Shown: piece after piece, positions 52,900 to 64,000 of the stretch
How positions within the stretch are numbered: the stretch's first letter is position 1
How the letters are laid out: each line of letters opens with the position of its first letter
Assembly (NCBI GenBank): GCA_951406725.2
Contig: OX597816.1
Location: 172,856,001 to 172,920,000, forward strand
DNA length: 64,000 bases
Reading direction: 5' to 3'
Origin: Octopus vulgaris
Lineage: Eukaryota
Program-made: the position numbers and the translations under genes
The notes under the pieces: model-generated
Database searches by the model: none
What the model saw: the letters and a program-made list of their open reading frames with translations, nothing else
What the model was told of the DNA's origin: nothing

Positions 52900-55790
52900 A
52901 AAACCTGGATGAGCATGAGCCCGTAACTTAAAAAATGAAATTTTATTCCAGCGATAAAGTATCTCACAAGGCATAGTAGTTAAGAAATGTAACACAGAAA
53001 ACATATTTACACATCAGAAACACTTCAGAAAATATCTTAAGAAGCGATTTGGTGAAATAATATTCAAAAACTCCAAATTGCACAAGATAAAACAACTCAC
53101 AGCCACTGCTCAAAAACTAAAATATAAATCTACAGCATATAAAGAAGAGCTGGGAGATATTTCTAGATCCATATCTAGACCCACTATGATAGTGGGTTTA
53201 ATGAGAGGACAAAGAGCAACACTGACAGGCTATCACCTTGAAAGACGCCTTTTGGTGGTGAATGCTATCCGACTCACTCTGCTATTTATCACTCCTAAGG
53301 AGCAAAGTGGTGTACCAAGTCTTGGTTATAAATGACAAATGCTCAATAAATTATTTGCTAAAGATCCCGAGCCAGTTTATTGCTGCTTTAATGTGAAAGG
53401 TTCAATCTCTGTAACAGACATCCCAACAAAAGATCAAGTTGAGGGTTACTGGAAATCTGTATGAGAAACAAATGATGAATTCAACAAACAAGCCGTATGG
53501 CTAAAAGAACTGGAGCAGGGCTGCTGCCAGTATCTCCAGCAAAAGCAATATGAAAAAATAGGCAGTGAAATACTGGAAATAGCTCTACGGAAAATGTCGA
53601 ACAGGAAATCCCCAAGTCCAGACCTCAGGTTCAATCTCTGTAACAGACATCCCAACAAAAGATCAAGTTGAGGGTTACTGGAAATCTGTATGGGAAACAG
53701 ATTACTGACTGAAGAATTTCACCTTTTATCGGTGAGATCTCATACCACTGAATGGAGAAAGTATCAAGTGTACATAAGAACTGCCCCAAGTGTACATAAG
53801 AACATCCTCGAGAATAGCCAAACCACCCTTGCTAAAAATTACTGCCATTAGCCAGCCAGAACATCACGTGCAAATTATACATTGGTGCCTCAATCTGTTC
53901 TGGCAGGATCATTGTGCCACCAACATTTTAACACCTGAGCAGGCTGGATGAAAGAAGGAGGTGTGGGGTTGCATACAGCAGCTACTAATTAACAAAATGG
54001 GTCAGGAAAATCATAGGAACTTTTCTGCTGTTTGACTTGACTGAAAAAAAAATGCTTTTTACAGTATCCCACATGGTTGGATTATCAGTGCCTTACAGTC
54101 AAACAAAATCCTGCAACCATAATTGAGTGCTGTTGAACCAAGACTTGGTACACCCCTTTGCTCCTTAGGAGTGATAAAGAGCAGAGTGAGTTGGAGAGCA
54201 TTCACTACCAAAAGGCATCTTTCAAGGTGATAGCCTGTCAGTGTTGCCCTTTGTCCTCTCATTAAACCCACTATCATAGTGGCCATAGAAATGGATCTAG
54301 AAATATCTCCCAGCTTTTCTTTATAGACAACCTGAAACTGTATGGACTAAATATCGATCACATAAAAAGAAAATTGGACCTCATAACCCAATTTTCTACG
54401 GACATTGGAATGAAATTTGGTGAGTCCAAATGGGCATTTTTAACAATGAAAGGTGGGAAAGTTGTGCCCTCTTCTGAAAGCCTAAAAATTAACGGCTTGA
54501 CAATACAACCTCTACAGGACAAGGTGAGAATGTCAGATATGAAGGACCCATGAATTAGGAGAGGGCCCGGAAAGAATACTTCAGGGAGTTAAGAGAATAT
54601 GATCATCAGGACTCTCAGCTTACAACAAGCATATTACCTACAACACTTTTGCAGTGCTTGTTCTCACACCTATGTTTGACCTTCTGAACTGGTCACTGCA
54701 AAAACACAATGGGACAGATGTTTGAACTCAGTGTTACAGGAAACGTCGGCATCAATGGAGATGTAGACAGGCTATATTTCCCACTAAATGATGGCGGCCG
54801 TGGTCTGAAATCTGTATTGATATCATATGAAGCACGTGTTGTGACACTAAAACAACATCTGCAGCAGAGGGAAGAGACCAGTAACTATCTTGCTCAAGGT
54901 TGTGACCATAAAGTCAACAACATAAATAGGATAGTTAACGAACTTAAGAATAGGTGTGAAATAAGAGCTGGTACAGATCTCTCCCCAAGGAGCATTGCTA
55001 AAATCTATTTATCAGAAGAACAGAATGATATAAGAATATGAACCAGTTCACTGAGAAGATAGTACGAGTACGTGGGTACTTTGCACGAAAAACACAAACC
55101 ATTGAAGGGTTTGATCATGACAAAAGCTTGGCATGGAGTACCGACAAGCTTATGACACCACACTTTTAAGGCTACCTCCGTGCAATTCAAGAACGAGAGA
55201 TCCTAACCAAGTACCGACAGCAAAAGAGGTAGAAAATGTTTACAGACAACAAATGTAGACTGCGCAAAACCAATACGTAAGACATCAACCACATTATAGT
55301 CAATTGCAGAATATCTTCCAGGTATTATTTTCCTACGAGGCGTGATACAGTGGCCAGAAACAGTCTAGAACAGCATAACAAAAAAGAGAACACCTACAAA
55401 CGAGGTTGACCATATTGAGACCGATGAGTCAGAAGAATATTTGTGGAACTTAAAAATTAAAATAGCCAACAAGTTAAAACATAACCGGTCAAATGTTGCT
55501 GTAGGGGATCATAAGGAAATGATATGCTCTTTTGTGGAAATCAGCTGACCGCTGGACACCAATGTAATTAGAAAAATACGAGAGAAATAGAACATCTATG
55601 GACCATTAACAAGGAGTTTTCAAATCCAACACCAACGATGCACTTTCATGTGTGTGGTAGGGGGAGTGACAATCGACCGCTTTAACTGGACAGAGATGCT
55701 TAAGATTCATAAAATATTCAGTCAATGCTTGGAAAGTGGAATTTTTAAAGCATATGACAGTTCTACAAAAACAATTAATGATTTAACTAT
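52900..55790 (+). pseudogene. Degenerate RLE-type (R4/Dong-like) non-LTR retrotransposon
   Basis: LRKMSNRKSPSPD; EQAG..WGCIQQLLIN; AFYSIPHGWI; GIFQGDSLS; GMKFGESK; RLYFPLNDGGRGL; GYLRAIQE; KCRL..EDINHIIVNC; HNRSN..FVEIS; many stops and frameshifts. Confidence 0.8.
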
Positions 55791-55824
55791 ATAGGATGAA
55801 ATTTATACACAATTGTATTTATTT

Positions 55825-55988
55825 AGGCGTAGTTATGGCTGTGTGGTAAGTAGCTTGCTTACCAACCACATGGTTCCGAATTCAGTCCCACTACGTAGCA
55901 CCTTGGGTAAGTGTCTTCTACTATAGCCTCGGGCCGACCAAAGCCTTGTGAGTAGATTTGGTAGACGGAAACTGAAAGAAGCCCGTCG

Positions 55989-56024
<36 letters not shown>
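55825..56024 (+). mobile_element. SINE family A 5' half ending in (TA)n
   Basis: Matches 2624-2800. Confidence 0.85.
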
Positions 56025-56027
<3 letters not shown>

Positions 56028-56186
56028 GTTGCATACTGTCAACTCAACGTGACAGTCCCGTAAGGGAATTACATACCGCCATTTAGCCCTAGGAAACATC
56101 GATGTTTCCTGTCGGCTTTGACACATTTTCTGTGTCCTGATATTTGCAAAAGGAGGCAATCAACCCCGCCAGTTGGGACTAACACT

Positions 56187-56228
56187 TGAAGACATATGTT
56201 TCTGAGTGTATTGCTCGTCATCAGGCCA
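56187..56228 (-). ncRNA. Hammerhead-like motif with degenerate stem I, in a Penelope-like remnant (56025-56310)
   Basis: Minus: TGGC-CTGATGA-cGAG..CTCa-GAAA-CATATG-TC-TTCA. Confidence 0.5.
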
Positions 56229-56311
56229 GGGTAGTAAGTCTCGCACGCTGAGATGACCGCAACCCCTCTGTAAATATATCCTATTTTCAGTAAAATACAC
56301 TAGCGCCAAAG

Positions 56312-58000
56312 CCCTTCCAGGGATGGCGCAAGTTTGCGCCTCGCCAACAAGTTCACCTACGACCTGCGCCAACCTTTTTGCTAAGACCTTGGCCAAAATC
56401 TTCAACTCTGCGTTAAGCAGAGTGATGGGCCGAAAATTATCAATTAAATCCCCCTTGTTTGAGTTCTTTCTTAACAGCGGTACCACCCTTCGGCTCACAG
56501 ACTTAGGAATTCTCCCGTTCTGCTGCCAGATGGTGTACACGCATGCAAGTAGGTGCCCAAACAAGTCTGGCATGCTACTATAGAGTTCGTAAGGCAGACC
56601 ATCGGAAGGGTCGGTGAAAATGCTTGGAATCTGGTTAGGTCCAGGTCTCCAGATAGAGAAGAATTGGAGCGAGGTGGCGAGAAACATGGCTCTCCTAACT
56701 CAGACCTGGTCTGAGCGGAAGCTGTCCTTGAAAGGGAGGGTGGAGGTTGCAGAGGTGTTCATCGCCTCTGTAATCACTTACCGCTTGACCGTTGTGCCTT
56801 TCCCCGATTCGTGGCTGAACAAGCTGGAACGCATGCTCTTTCGCTTTTTGTGGAGGGGCAGCAGACCTCTTGTAAGACGCTCTATCTGCTGCCAAAATCC
56901 GCTGAAGGATAGGTTAGGGATGCCGTGGCTAAAATTGCGCTCAGGCTTAGGCACCTCTGGCTTTACCTGGACGGTGAGCAGGTGTGGTCTCCGTTCGTCA
57001 AGCTGTTATTTCCACAGTTCACATCGTTTACCAAACTGAACCCATGCATCAAGTGTAGACCGAGGTTATGCGTGTGGCATGTAGAGTGTCATCAGGCACT
57101 TGTGCTTCTCTCCTAGTCGGGCAACGCCGGTGGCGGGGGTACTACCTCGTTCTTCTATAGAGGGTTAGTAGAGTTTAAGTGTGACGACGTCCTGGGAGAA
57201 ACCTTAGGCTTCGACGAATTTCAACTGGCCAGCCTGTTCCAAAGAATATTCGGTCCGGAGCCTATGGATAATCACCAAAAGTCCCTGGCCTGGAAATGTT
57301 ACAGAGGAGCTTTACCGGTTCGAGATAAGCTCTTTAGACATGGGTGTGCACCTTCGCCAGTTTGTGCAAGATGCGAGGGGGACAATGAAACTGTCCTGCA
57401 CGCGATTGTGCAATGCTCCAAGGTGACTGAACTCTGGGCTTATGTCGAACACATGCTGTCGCATCCGAGAAGAGTATAACTGTCGAGCGAATTGTAATTA
57501 AGATCGTTCCGCCGACCTCCCTCAATAGGAAGGAACGAGCATGTTTTCTCTCGGTAGTTGCTGTGGCGAAAGAGGACGTATGGAAGACGAGAGTGAAAGG
57601 AATTGCAACAGGTATGTTCATCTCCAGTCTCGAGCTAATCGACTTTTTCGTTTTCCACATGAAACGGAAAATAAGGCTGGAGAAGAAATGTCTGTCGCAA
57701 AGTGTGTTTCGTAAAAGATGGAAGTCTATAGCAAGTATGTTGCGAGTGAAAGAACCTGTTTAAACGAGAATATAAAAAAAGGAGAAAGCAAAGTCTTCAG
57801 TGTGAGTATGTGGTTTGTGGGGTCAACCGCGTCCTCCGCTTCATTTTTTGTAAATCACTCATTCTCATTTAATTGTATATATTTTAATTGTTTGTTTATT
57901 CATACGTTTCGTCTCATTCGATACCCTGACCCCGACGTTTGTTTTGTCTGTCCCCGTATTGTCCCCTCTTTTTCTCAATCTTATGGTGAATAAAGAAATA
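56312..58000 (+). mobile_element. 5'-truncated, 5'-inverted Tx1/L1-type LINE copy related to 36477-41909
   Basis: 56312-56604 is minus-strand RT (DGLPYE...QTCAIPGR); 56605-57763 is plus-strand C-terminus (EGSVKMLGIW...CARC..HAIVQC); 3' UTR ends AATAAAGAAATA. Confidence 0.88.
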
Positions 58001-58866
58001 CTCTTGGGTTTGGAGAAAGAAATATATGAAAACAAGAGCAAGAGAAACTTTGAAAGAGTTTGAGTGCGAGAATGAGAGAAAGAGGTGGATGTAAGAGACA
58101 TAGTAAGTAGGGGAGGGAGGGTGAAAGATAGAATTAGACTGGGCGAAGGAATGGAAGAATCATAGATATTAGGCAAATACAAAGTGTCGGGAATTGAGAG
58201 TGAGTTGGCTTGAAGCATAGACCACGAGAGGAACAATGTCTGAGAGAGGGGGAGGCGAGGGAGAGTACATATTGTGCATGTGTGTGTGTGGGGGGGTTGA
58301 AATCATTAGATGAAGGAGCATGAAGTAAAGTGTGTCTAAAAGAGAATATAGGAGAGTAAGTAAGAAACAGAGAGGGGGGTAGAAAAGAGGAGGGTGAGTG
58401 GAATGCGTGTAGATAAACGCAAAACAGAAAAGAAAGAAAATGAATGCGAGAATGAGAAAGATTAAAGAGAATTAAGTTAATAATGAAGAGAAATCGAGAT
58501 ATTGGAAGATTAAACAGAGAGAGAGAGAACATAGATGGAAGATAAAGTAGGAAACTATTTTACGAAGAGCAGATTGAGAAAGAGGGACGAAGTTGATGTT
58601 TAAGGGACCGATACAGTGATAGGGGTACAGAGCGATAAATGGATGAACGAAACATGGAGTGAGAGTAAATTGATGAGAAAAAAAGGGGCTCATAAAAAAA
58701 GCGACGAAGGAAAAAAATGAAGAATTGTTTGGACAAGTTACCCAAAACGTTTGTCATGATGGGTTGGGTGAGTTTGCAAATGAGAGGAGAATTACTGTAT
58801 ATTGTTTCCGCAGACGACATCTACGGTCTGCAGTCATAGATCCTTTTCGCAGATACTTCTTTCCGC

Positions 58867-59411
58867 ATATATCTTTAATGGTAAATATTTTTGATTTTCA
58901 TTCTTTCCATGAATTTATCCCTCTTTGTGTCTCTAGGACTAAGCTTCCTTATTTGAGAGCCTTTTATTATATTTCTATATGAATGATATTTTGTCTAATG
59001 ACTAATTCATCTTTTGTGCTAGGCCACTGGTAATAATAACTGATGTTATTACCCTTTTTGATTATGTTTACATATTGATAAATTTGTTCGTAAAATTTTT
59101 TACCGACATGCTCTCTGTCGCCGGGTATGTTTTGCGTCTGCGCGAAGGTTTGAAAAGTTAAGATATACAAACCGTTAGATCTACATGTGCTCTAACGCTC
59201 TGTGCATCTAGGATTAAGAAGGCTTCCCTCTGATGAACCTTGCCTTGGCAAACATATTCTGTCTGTTTTGCTAGAAAGAGGTAGAAACTGATCAGTCTGG
59301 GATATATCTTTAATGGTAAATGTTTTTGATTTTCATTCTTTCCATGAATTTATCCCACTTTGTGTCTCTAGCACTAAGCTTCCTTATTTGGGAGCCTTTT
59401 TATTATATTTC
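58867..59411 (+). mobile_element. Retrozyme/Penelope-like non-autonomous element: 435-bp unit with 110-bp terminal direct repeat
   Basis: 58867-58976 repeats at 59302-59411; flanking duplication TTCTTTCCGCATATAT at 58857-58872 and 59409-59424; hammerhead just before the second repeat. Confidence 0.7.
59225..59302 (+). ncRNA. Type I hammerhead ribozyme motif
   Basis: TCCCt-CTGATGA-ACCT..AGGTa-GAAA-CTGATCAG-TC-tGGGA; palindromic stem III, GUC site, first stem I pair mismatched. Confidence 0.7.
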
Positions 59412-60133
59412 TTTCCGCATATATGTATCAACATATAGACAAACTCTGTGTGTGTGTGTGCGTGTGTGTGCGTGTCTGCGTGTATGCGTGTGTGCGTGTG
59501 TGTCTGTGTGAATTGTTGTACTTGAGGATGATCATGTTTTGCCAATTAAAACACGCACTATATGTTTGGTCATTACTTCAGATTTATTAGTATTAATTTT
59601 TGCTCCTTGTCAAAGATCTTTCGTCGCACATCCTGTGACCTCTTCAATGACTCTTTCTCCCATGTGTCTCCTGCTGTTCTGCTTTGTCCATTTTGTGACA
59701 CGTAGGATAAAGAATCGCTGAAGAGGTCACACGATGTGTGACGAAAAGACTTCCACAAAGAAACAAAAATAATAATAATAAAGCTGAAGTACAGATCGAG
59801 CATATAGTGTGTGTATTTAACTGACAAATATATGACCATCCCCAAGTATAACAATATCTGTTTCAACACACAATTTCACGTCCAGAATCTCGGAAACCAA
59901 ATATATAAACGTGTATATATTTATATACACACATACAAATATATATATATATATACGTATGTGTGTGTGTATTTAGAGGGCTAAAAAACCACTAAGTGGT
60001 CAGCCGTATGCTACAAGTAGATCACCAACGATCAAAATACAAAGAAAAGAATGTTCTCTAGAGAAAAATTCAGCAGACACCAGAACAATATGCGGGCAAG
60101 ACAGATGAAAATTTTATAAAAAACAAGAATTAC

Positions 60134-60208
60134 TCGCAGACCGACGGTTTCGCCTATTAACTAATGAATCACTTACGTAATCCCTCGTCCGTAGGCTCGT
60201 CAGTGCGA
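60134..60208 (-). ncRNA. Type I hammerhead ribozyme motif within a TA-bounded element (about 59972-60337)
   Basis: Minus: TCGCA-CTGACGA-GCCTA..TAGGC-GAAA-CCGTCGG-TC-TGCGA; all three stems and the core intact. Confidence 0.85.
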
Positions 60209-60337
60209 TCGTTCCACAGGTAATATAATTTGTAAAACTAACCGCCAGTTTTCCGTATAAAAACAGACACGTGCTTAGTTTCACCGATTACATTGGGGTT
60301 AATTTCAAATGTCTGAGTTCTGGCGCGCTAAAATTTT

Positions 60338-60398
<61 letters not shown>

Positions 60399-60812
60399 CA
60401 GGAGTGGCTGTTTGGTAAGTAGCTTGCTAACCAACCACATGGTTCCGGGTTCAGTCCCACTGCGTGGCATCTTGGGCAAGTGTCTTCTACTATAGCCCCG
60501 GGCCGACCAATGCCTTGTGAGTGGATTTGGTAGACGGAAACTGAAAGAAGCCTGTCGTATATATGTATATATGTATATATATGTGCGTGTGTGTTTGTGT
60601 GTCTGTGTTTGTCCCCCTAGCATTGCTTGACAACCGATGCTGGTGTGTTTATGTACCCGTTACCTAGCAGTTCGGCAAAAGAGACCGATAGAATAAGTAC
60701 TGGGCTTACAAAGAATAAGTCCTGGGGTCGATTTGCTCGACTAAAGGCGGTGCTCCAGCATGGCCGCAGTCAAAATGACTGAAATAAGTAAAAGAGTAAA
60801 AGAGTAAGAGAG
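60399..60812 (+). mobile_element. SINE family A, near full length
   Basis: Matches 2628-3028. Confidence 0.9.
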
Positions 60813-60826
60813 TATATATATACACA

Positions 60827-61123
60827 CTGTAGTGTCTGGGGTGAGTCATTTTCTTTTAGTGCTTTATAATTTAATACACTCACCGGTAAAATTTCCACTT
60901 ATTTCTTATTTTATCTTCCTAATTAGTCAGTCTTGTCTATTGAAAAGGTTGCAAGACGCAACGAAAATTTTAGGAAAATAAAAATAAGAAATAAGTGGAA
61001 ATTCTACCGGTGAGTGTGTTACATTATAAGGCACAATAAGAAAATGACTCTCCCCAGACACAACAGAAAATGCTTCAACACTCGAACTCACATAAAGAAT
61101 CTTGCAAACCAAATCCAAAAACG

Positions 61124-61125
<2 letters not shown>
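60827..61125. mobile_element. Foldback element (arms about 60827-60922 and 60966-61066) with one-sided extension, between TA tracts
   Basis: Imperfect 100-bp inverted repeat; central GTTGC-aagac-GCAAC-GAAA-ATTT-TA half-hammerhead. Confidence 0.6.
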
Positions 61126-61209
<84 letters not shown>

Positions 61210-61299
61210 TGAATGAGAGAGAGAGAAACAGACAGACAGACACACTGATTGATAGATTAACATATATAGATATACATGCTTACATACATACATACATAC

Positions 61300-61330
<31 letters not shown>

Positions 61331-61359
61331 CATACATACATACATACATACACACACAC

Positions 61360-61390
<31 letters not shown>

Positions 61391-61516
61391 CATACATACA
61401 TACACACACACATACATACACACATATATACATACATATATACATACATACATATATGTACGCTCTGACCCACGCGCTCGCATGCACGCACACACGTGCA
61501 CAAACACACACGCGTA

Positions 61517-61582
<66 letters not shown>

Positions 61583-61619
61583 GATGTGTGTGTGTTTGCG
61601 TGTGTGTGTGTGTTTGTGT

Positions 61620-61840
61620 GTATGTGTTTGTTTGTGTGTATGAGTGTGAGTGTGTGTATTTGTCTCCCACCGCCGATTGAATACTGGTGTTGGTATATCT
61701 ACGTCCCCGGAACCTAGTGGTTCGGCAAAAAAGACCGATAGAATAAGTACGCGGTTTTAAAAGAAAATAAATACTGGGGTCGATAAGTTCGACTAAAAAT
61801 CTTCAAGGCGATGCCCCAGCATGGCCGCAATCAAAATAAA
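61620..61840 (+). mobile_element. Diverged SINE family A 3' half
   Basis: GGTTCGGCAAAA..ACCGATAGAATAAGTAC..CCAGCATGGCCGCA. Confidence 0.7.
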
Positions 61841-61866
61841 AGGAAGATACACACATACTCTCGCTT

Positions 61867-61911
<45 letters not shown>

Positions 61912-61974
61912 TTCTCCCTCTCTCAGTCTTTCATTTTCCTATATTTCACTCACAGTTTATCACTCTCTCTTCCT

Positions 61975-62816
61975 CTTCCTCTTCCTCTTTCCTTCCACCC
62001 GTCCTCACAATTACTCCTTTTCTCTCTCTCTTTCTCCCTCTCTCAGTCTTTCATTTTCCTCTTCCTCTTTCCTTCCACCCGTCCTCACAATTACTCCTTT
62101 TCTCTCTCTCTTTCTCCCTCTCTCAGTCTTTCATTTTCCTCTTCCTCTTTCCTTCCACCCGTCCTCACAATTACTCCTTTTCTCTCTCTCTTTCTCCCTC
62201 TCTCAGTCTTTCATTTTCCTCTTCCTCTTTCCTTCCACCCGTCCTCACAATTACTCCTTTTCTCTCTCTCTTTCTCCCTCTCTCAGTCTTTCATTTTCCT
62301 CTTCCTCTTTCCTTCCACCCGTCCTCACAATTACTCCTTTTCTCTCTCCCTTTTTCCCTCTCTCAGTCTTTCATTTTCCTCTTCCTCTTTCCTTCCACCC
62401 GTCCTCACAATTACTCCTTTTCTCTCTCTCTTTCTCCCTCTCTCAGTCTTTCATTTTCCTCTTCCTCTTTCCTTCCACCCGTCCTCACAATTACTCCTTT
62501 TCTCTCTCTCTTTCTCCCTCTCTCAGTCTTTCATTTTCCTCTTCCTCTTTCCTTCCACCCGTCCTCACAATTACTCCTTTTCTCTCTCTCTTTCTCCCTC
62601 TCTCAGTCTTTCATTTTCCTCTTCCTCTTTCCTTCCACCCGTCCTCACAATTACTCCTTTTCTCTCTCTCTTTCTCCCTCTCTCAGTCTTTCATTTTCCT
62701 CTTCCTCTTTCCTTCCACCCGTCCTCACAATTACTCCTTTTCTCTCTCTCTTTCTCCCTCTCTCAGTCTTTCATTTTCCTCTTCCTCTTTCCTTCCACCC
62801 GTCCTCACAATTACTC

Positions 62817-62820
<4 letters not shown>
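61975..62820. repeat. 80-bp polypyrimidine minisatellite, about 10.5 near-identical copies
   Basis: Unit TCTCAGTCTTTCATTTTCC... starts at 62041, 62121 and so on to 62761; one variant unit at 62341. Confidence 0.97.
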
Positions 62821-62871
<51 letters not shown>

Positions 62872-63494
62872 CGAGCCCCTTTTATTTCCATATCATTCCT
62901 ATCCTCTCTGCACACCTCTACGCTTCAATTGTTTTCCGTTAATCCCTTATCCTCGTTTTCTTCATCACTCAATCGTCCTACCCCACCTCACTCTTTCCCT
63001 TCCCTCTAAAACTCTTTCTACCTCTCTTCCTCGGTTGCTGTCCTTCACAGCACATTCTATTTTCTTCTTGTTTATTTTCATTCACTCCTTCACATTATCT
63101 TTTTATCCCTCTTTTTTTTTCTTCCACTTGACCCCCACCCCCCACCCTGCCACCATTCACTTTCCCCTTTAAAACCAACCACCCCCCAACTTTTCTCTCT
63201 ATCCTTCAATCACATTAACCAGGTCACTACTTAATTCCATCTCACTACTTCGCCGCCGTCCCCAGGAGACCAGCGGCGTGGAATCGCAGGTCAGATGGAG
63301 GATTACGGAGATGAGGCTAGCAAGGGCCGTTGGAAACCAAAAATCTGGGCCCCAAAGGCTGGCGCTAATTATATTTAGGCAAGACCAGATAACATCCTTT
63401 AGCGTAAGATACTTAGGGCCCGCGAAATCAATCAGCAGAAATCGTCCATCTCCAGCCTCCAACTCAAACAACTGAAGCGCACATTTAGACATTC

Positions 63495-63668
63495 AGGCAT
63501 ACATATAATTACACACACACACACACATACACACACATGTACACGAGCTCACAAATATCTATATATGTATATGTAAACATATGTATGTGCGCGAATAGTG
63601 TATATATGTGCGTGTGGATTGATGGATGGTTATAATGTGTGTATGTATGTGTATACTATGTCATATAA

Positions 63669-63707
<39 letters not shown>

Positions 63708-63867
63708 TGTATAAATATATATATAAATATGTATAAATATATATGTATGTATCTCATATATATATATGTATATATATATATATACGTATATATGTGTATG
63801 TGTATATATATATATTTATATGTGTGTGTATGTATATACATATATAAATATATGCATATGTATATAT

Positions 63868-63946
<79 letters not shown>

Positions 63947-63975
63947 TGTGTATGTATATACATATACTCACACGT
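63495..63975. repeat. TA/CA/TG low-complexity region
   Basis: Direct reading. Confidence 0.9.
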
Positions 63976-64000
63976 ACAGACACACGTGTATTCACGCAGC

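Noticed and set aside
56091-56110. 20-bp perfect palindrome AGGAAACATCGATGTTTCCT
   Set aside because: Lies inside a Penelope-like remnant; no independent evidence of function
61811-63172. 453-aa and 373-aa F/S/L-rich ORFs; also a regularly spaced, CRISPR-like look
   Set aside because: 80-bp tandem minisatellite with identical units and no unique spacers

Overview
Repeat-dominated eukaryotic window, most likely octopus (inferred from the tRNA-derived SINE families and the very high CA/TA/CATA/TAGA microsatellite load). No host protein-coding exon or RNA gene can be supported, and almost every long ORF in the track is microsatellite read-through. Identifiable content: about 30 SINE copies of three families; a full-length but frameshifted Tx1/L1-type LINE (36477-41909, minus) inserted with a 16-bp TSD into the tRNA head of a SINE; a second Tx1-type copy with a 5' inversion; and decayed Tigger, hAT, Helitron-like, RTE, I/Jockey-like, R4/Dong-like and Penelope fragments. 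Two things stand out. First, at least eight loci carry type-I hammerhead ribozyme motifs in short, sequence-diverse non-coding Penelope/retrozyme-like elements, mostly in (TA)n tracts, as foldbacks or 1.1-1.25-mer direct repeats. Second, two apparent SINE-LINE partnerships are visible through shared 3' tails, one of them with the Tx1-type LINE. All alignments and folds were done by eye.
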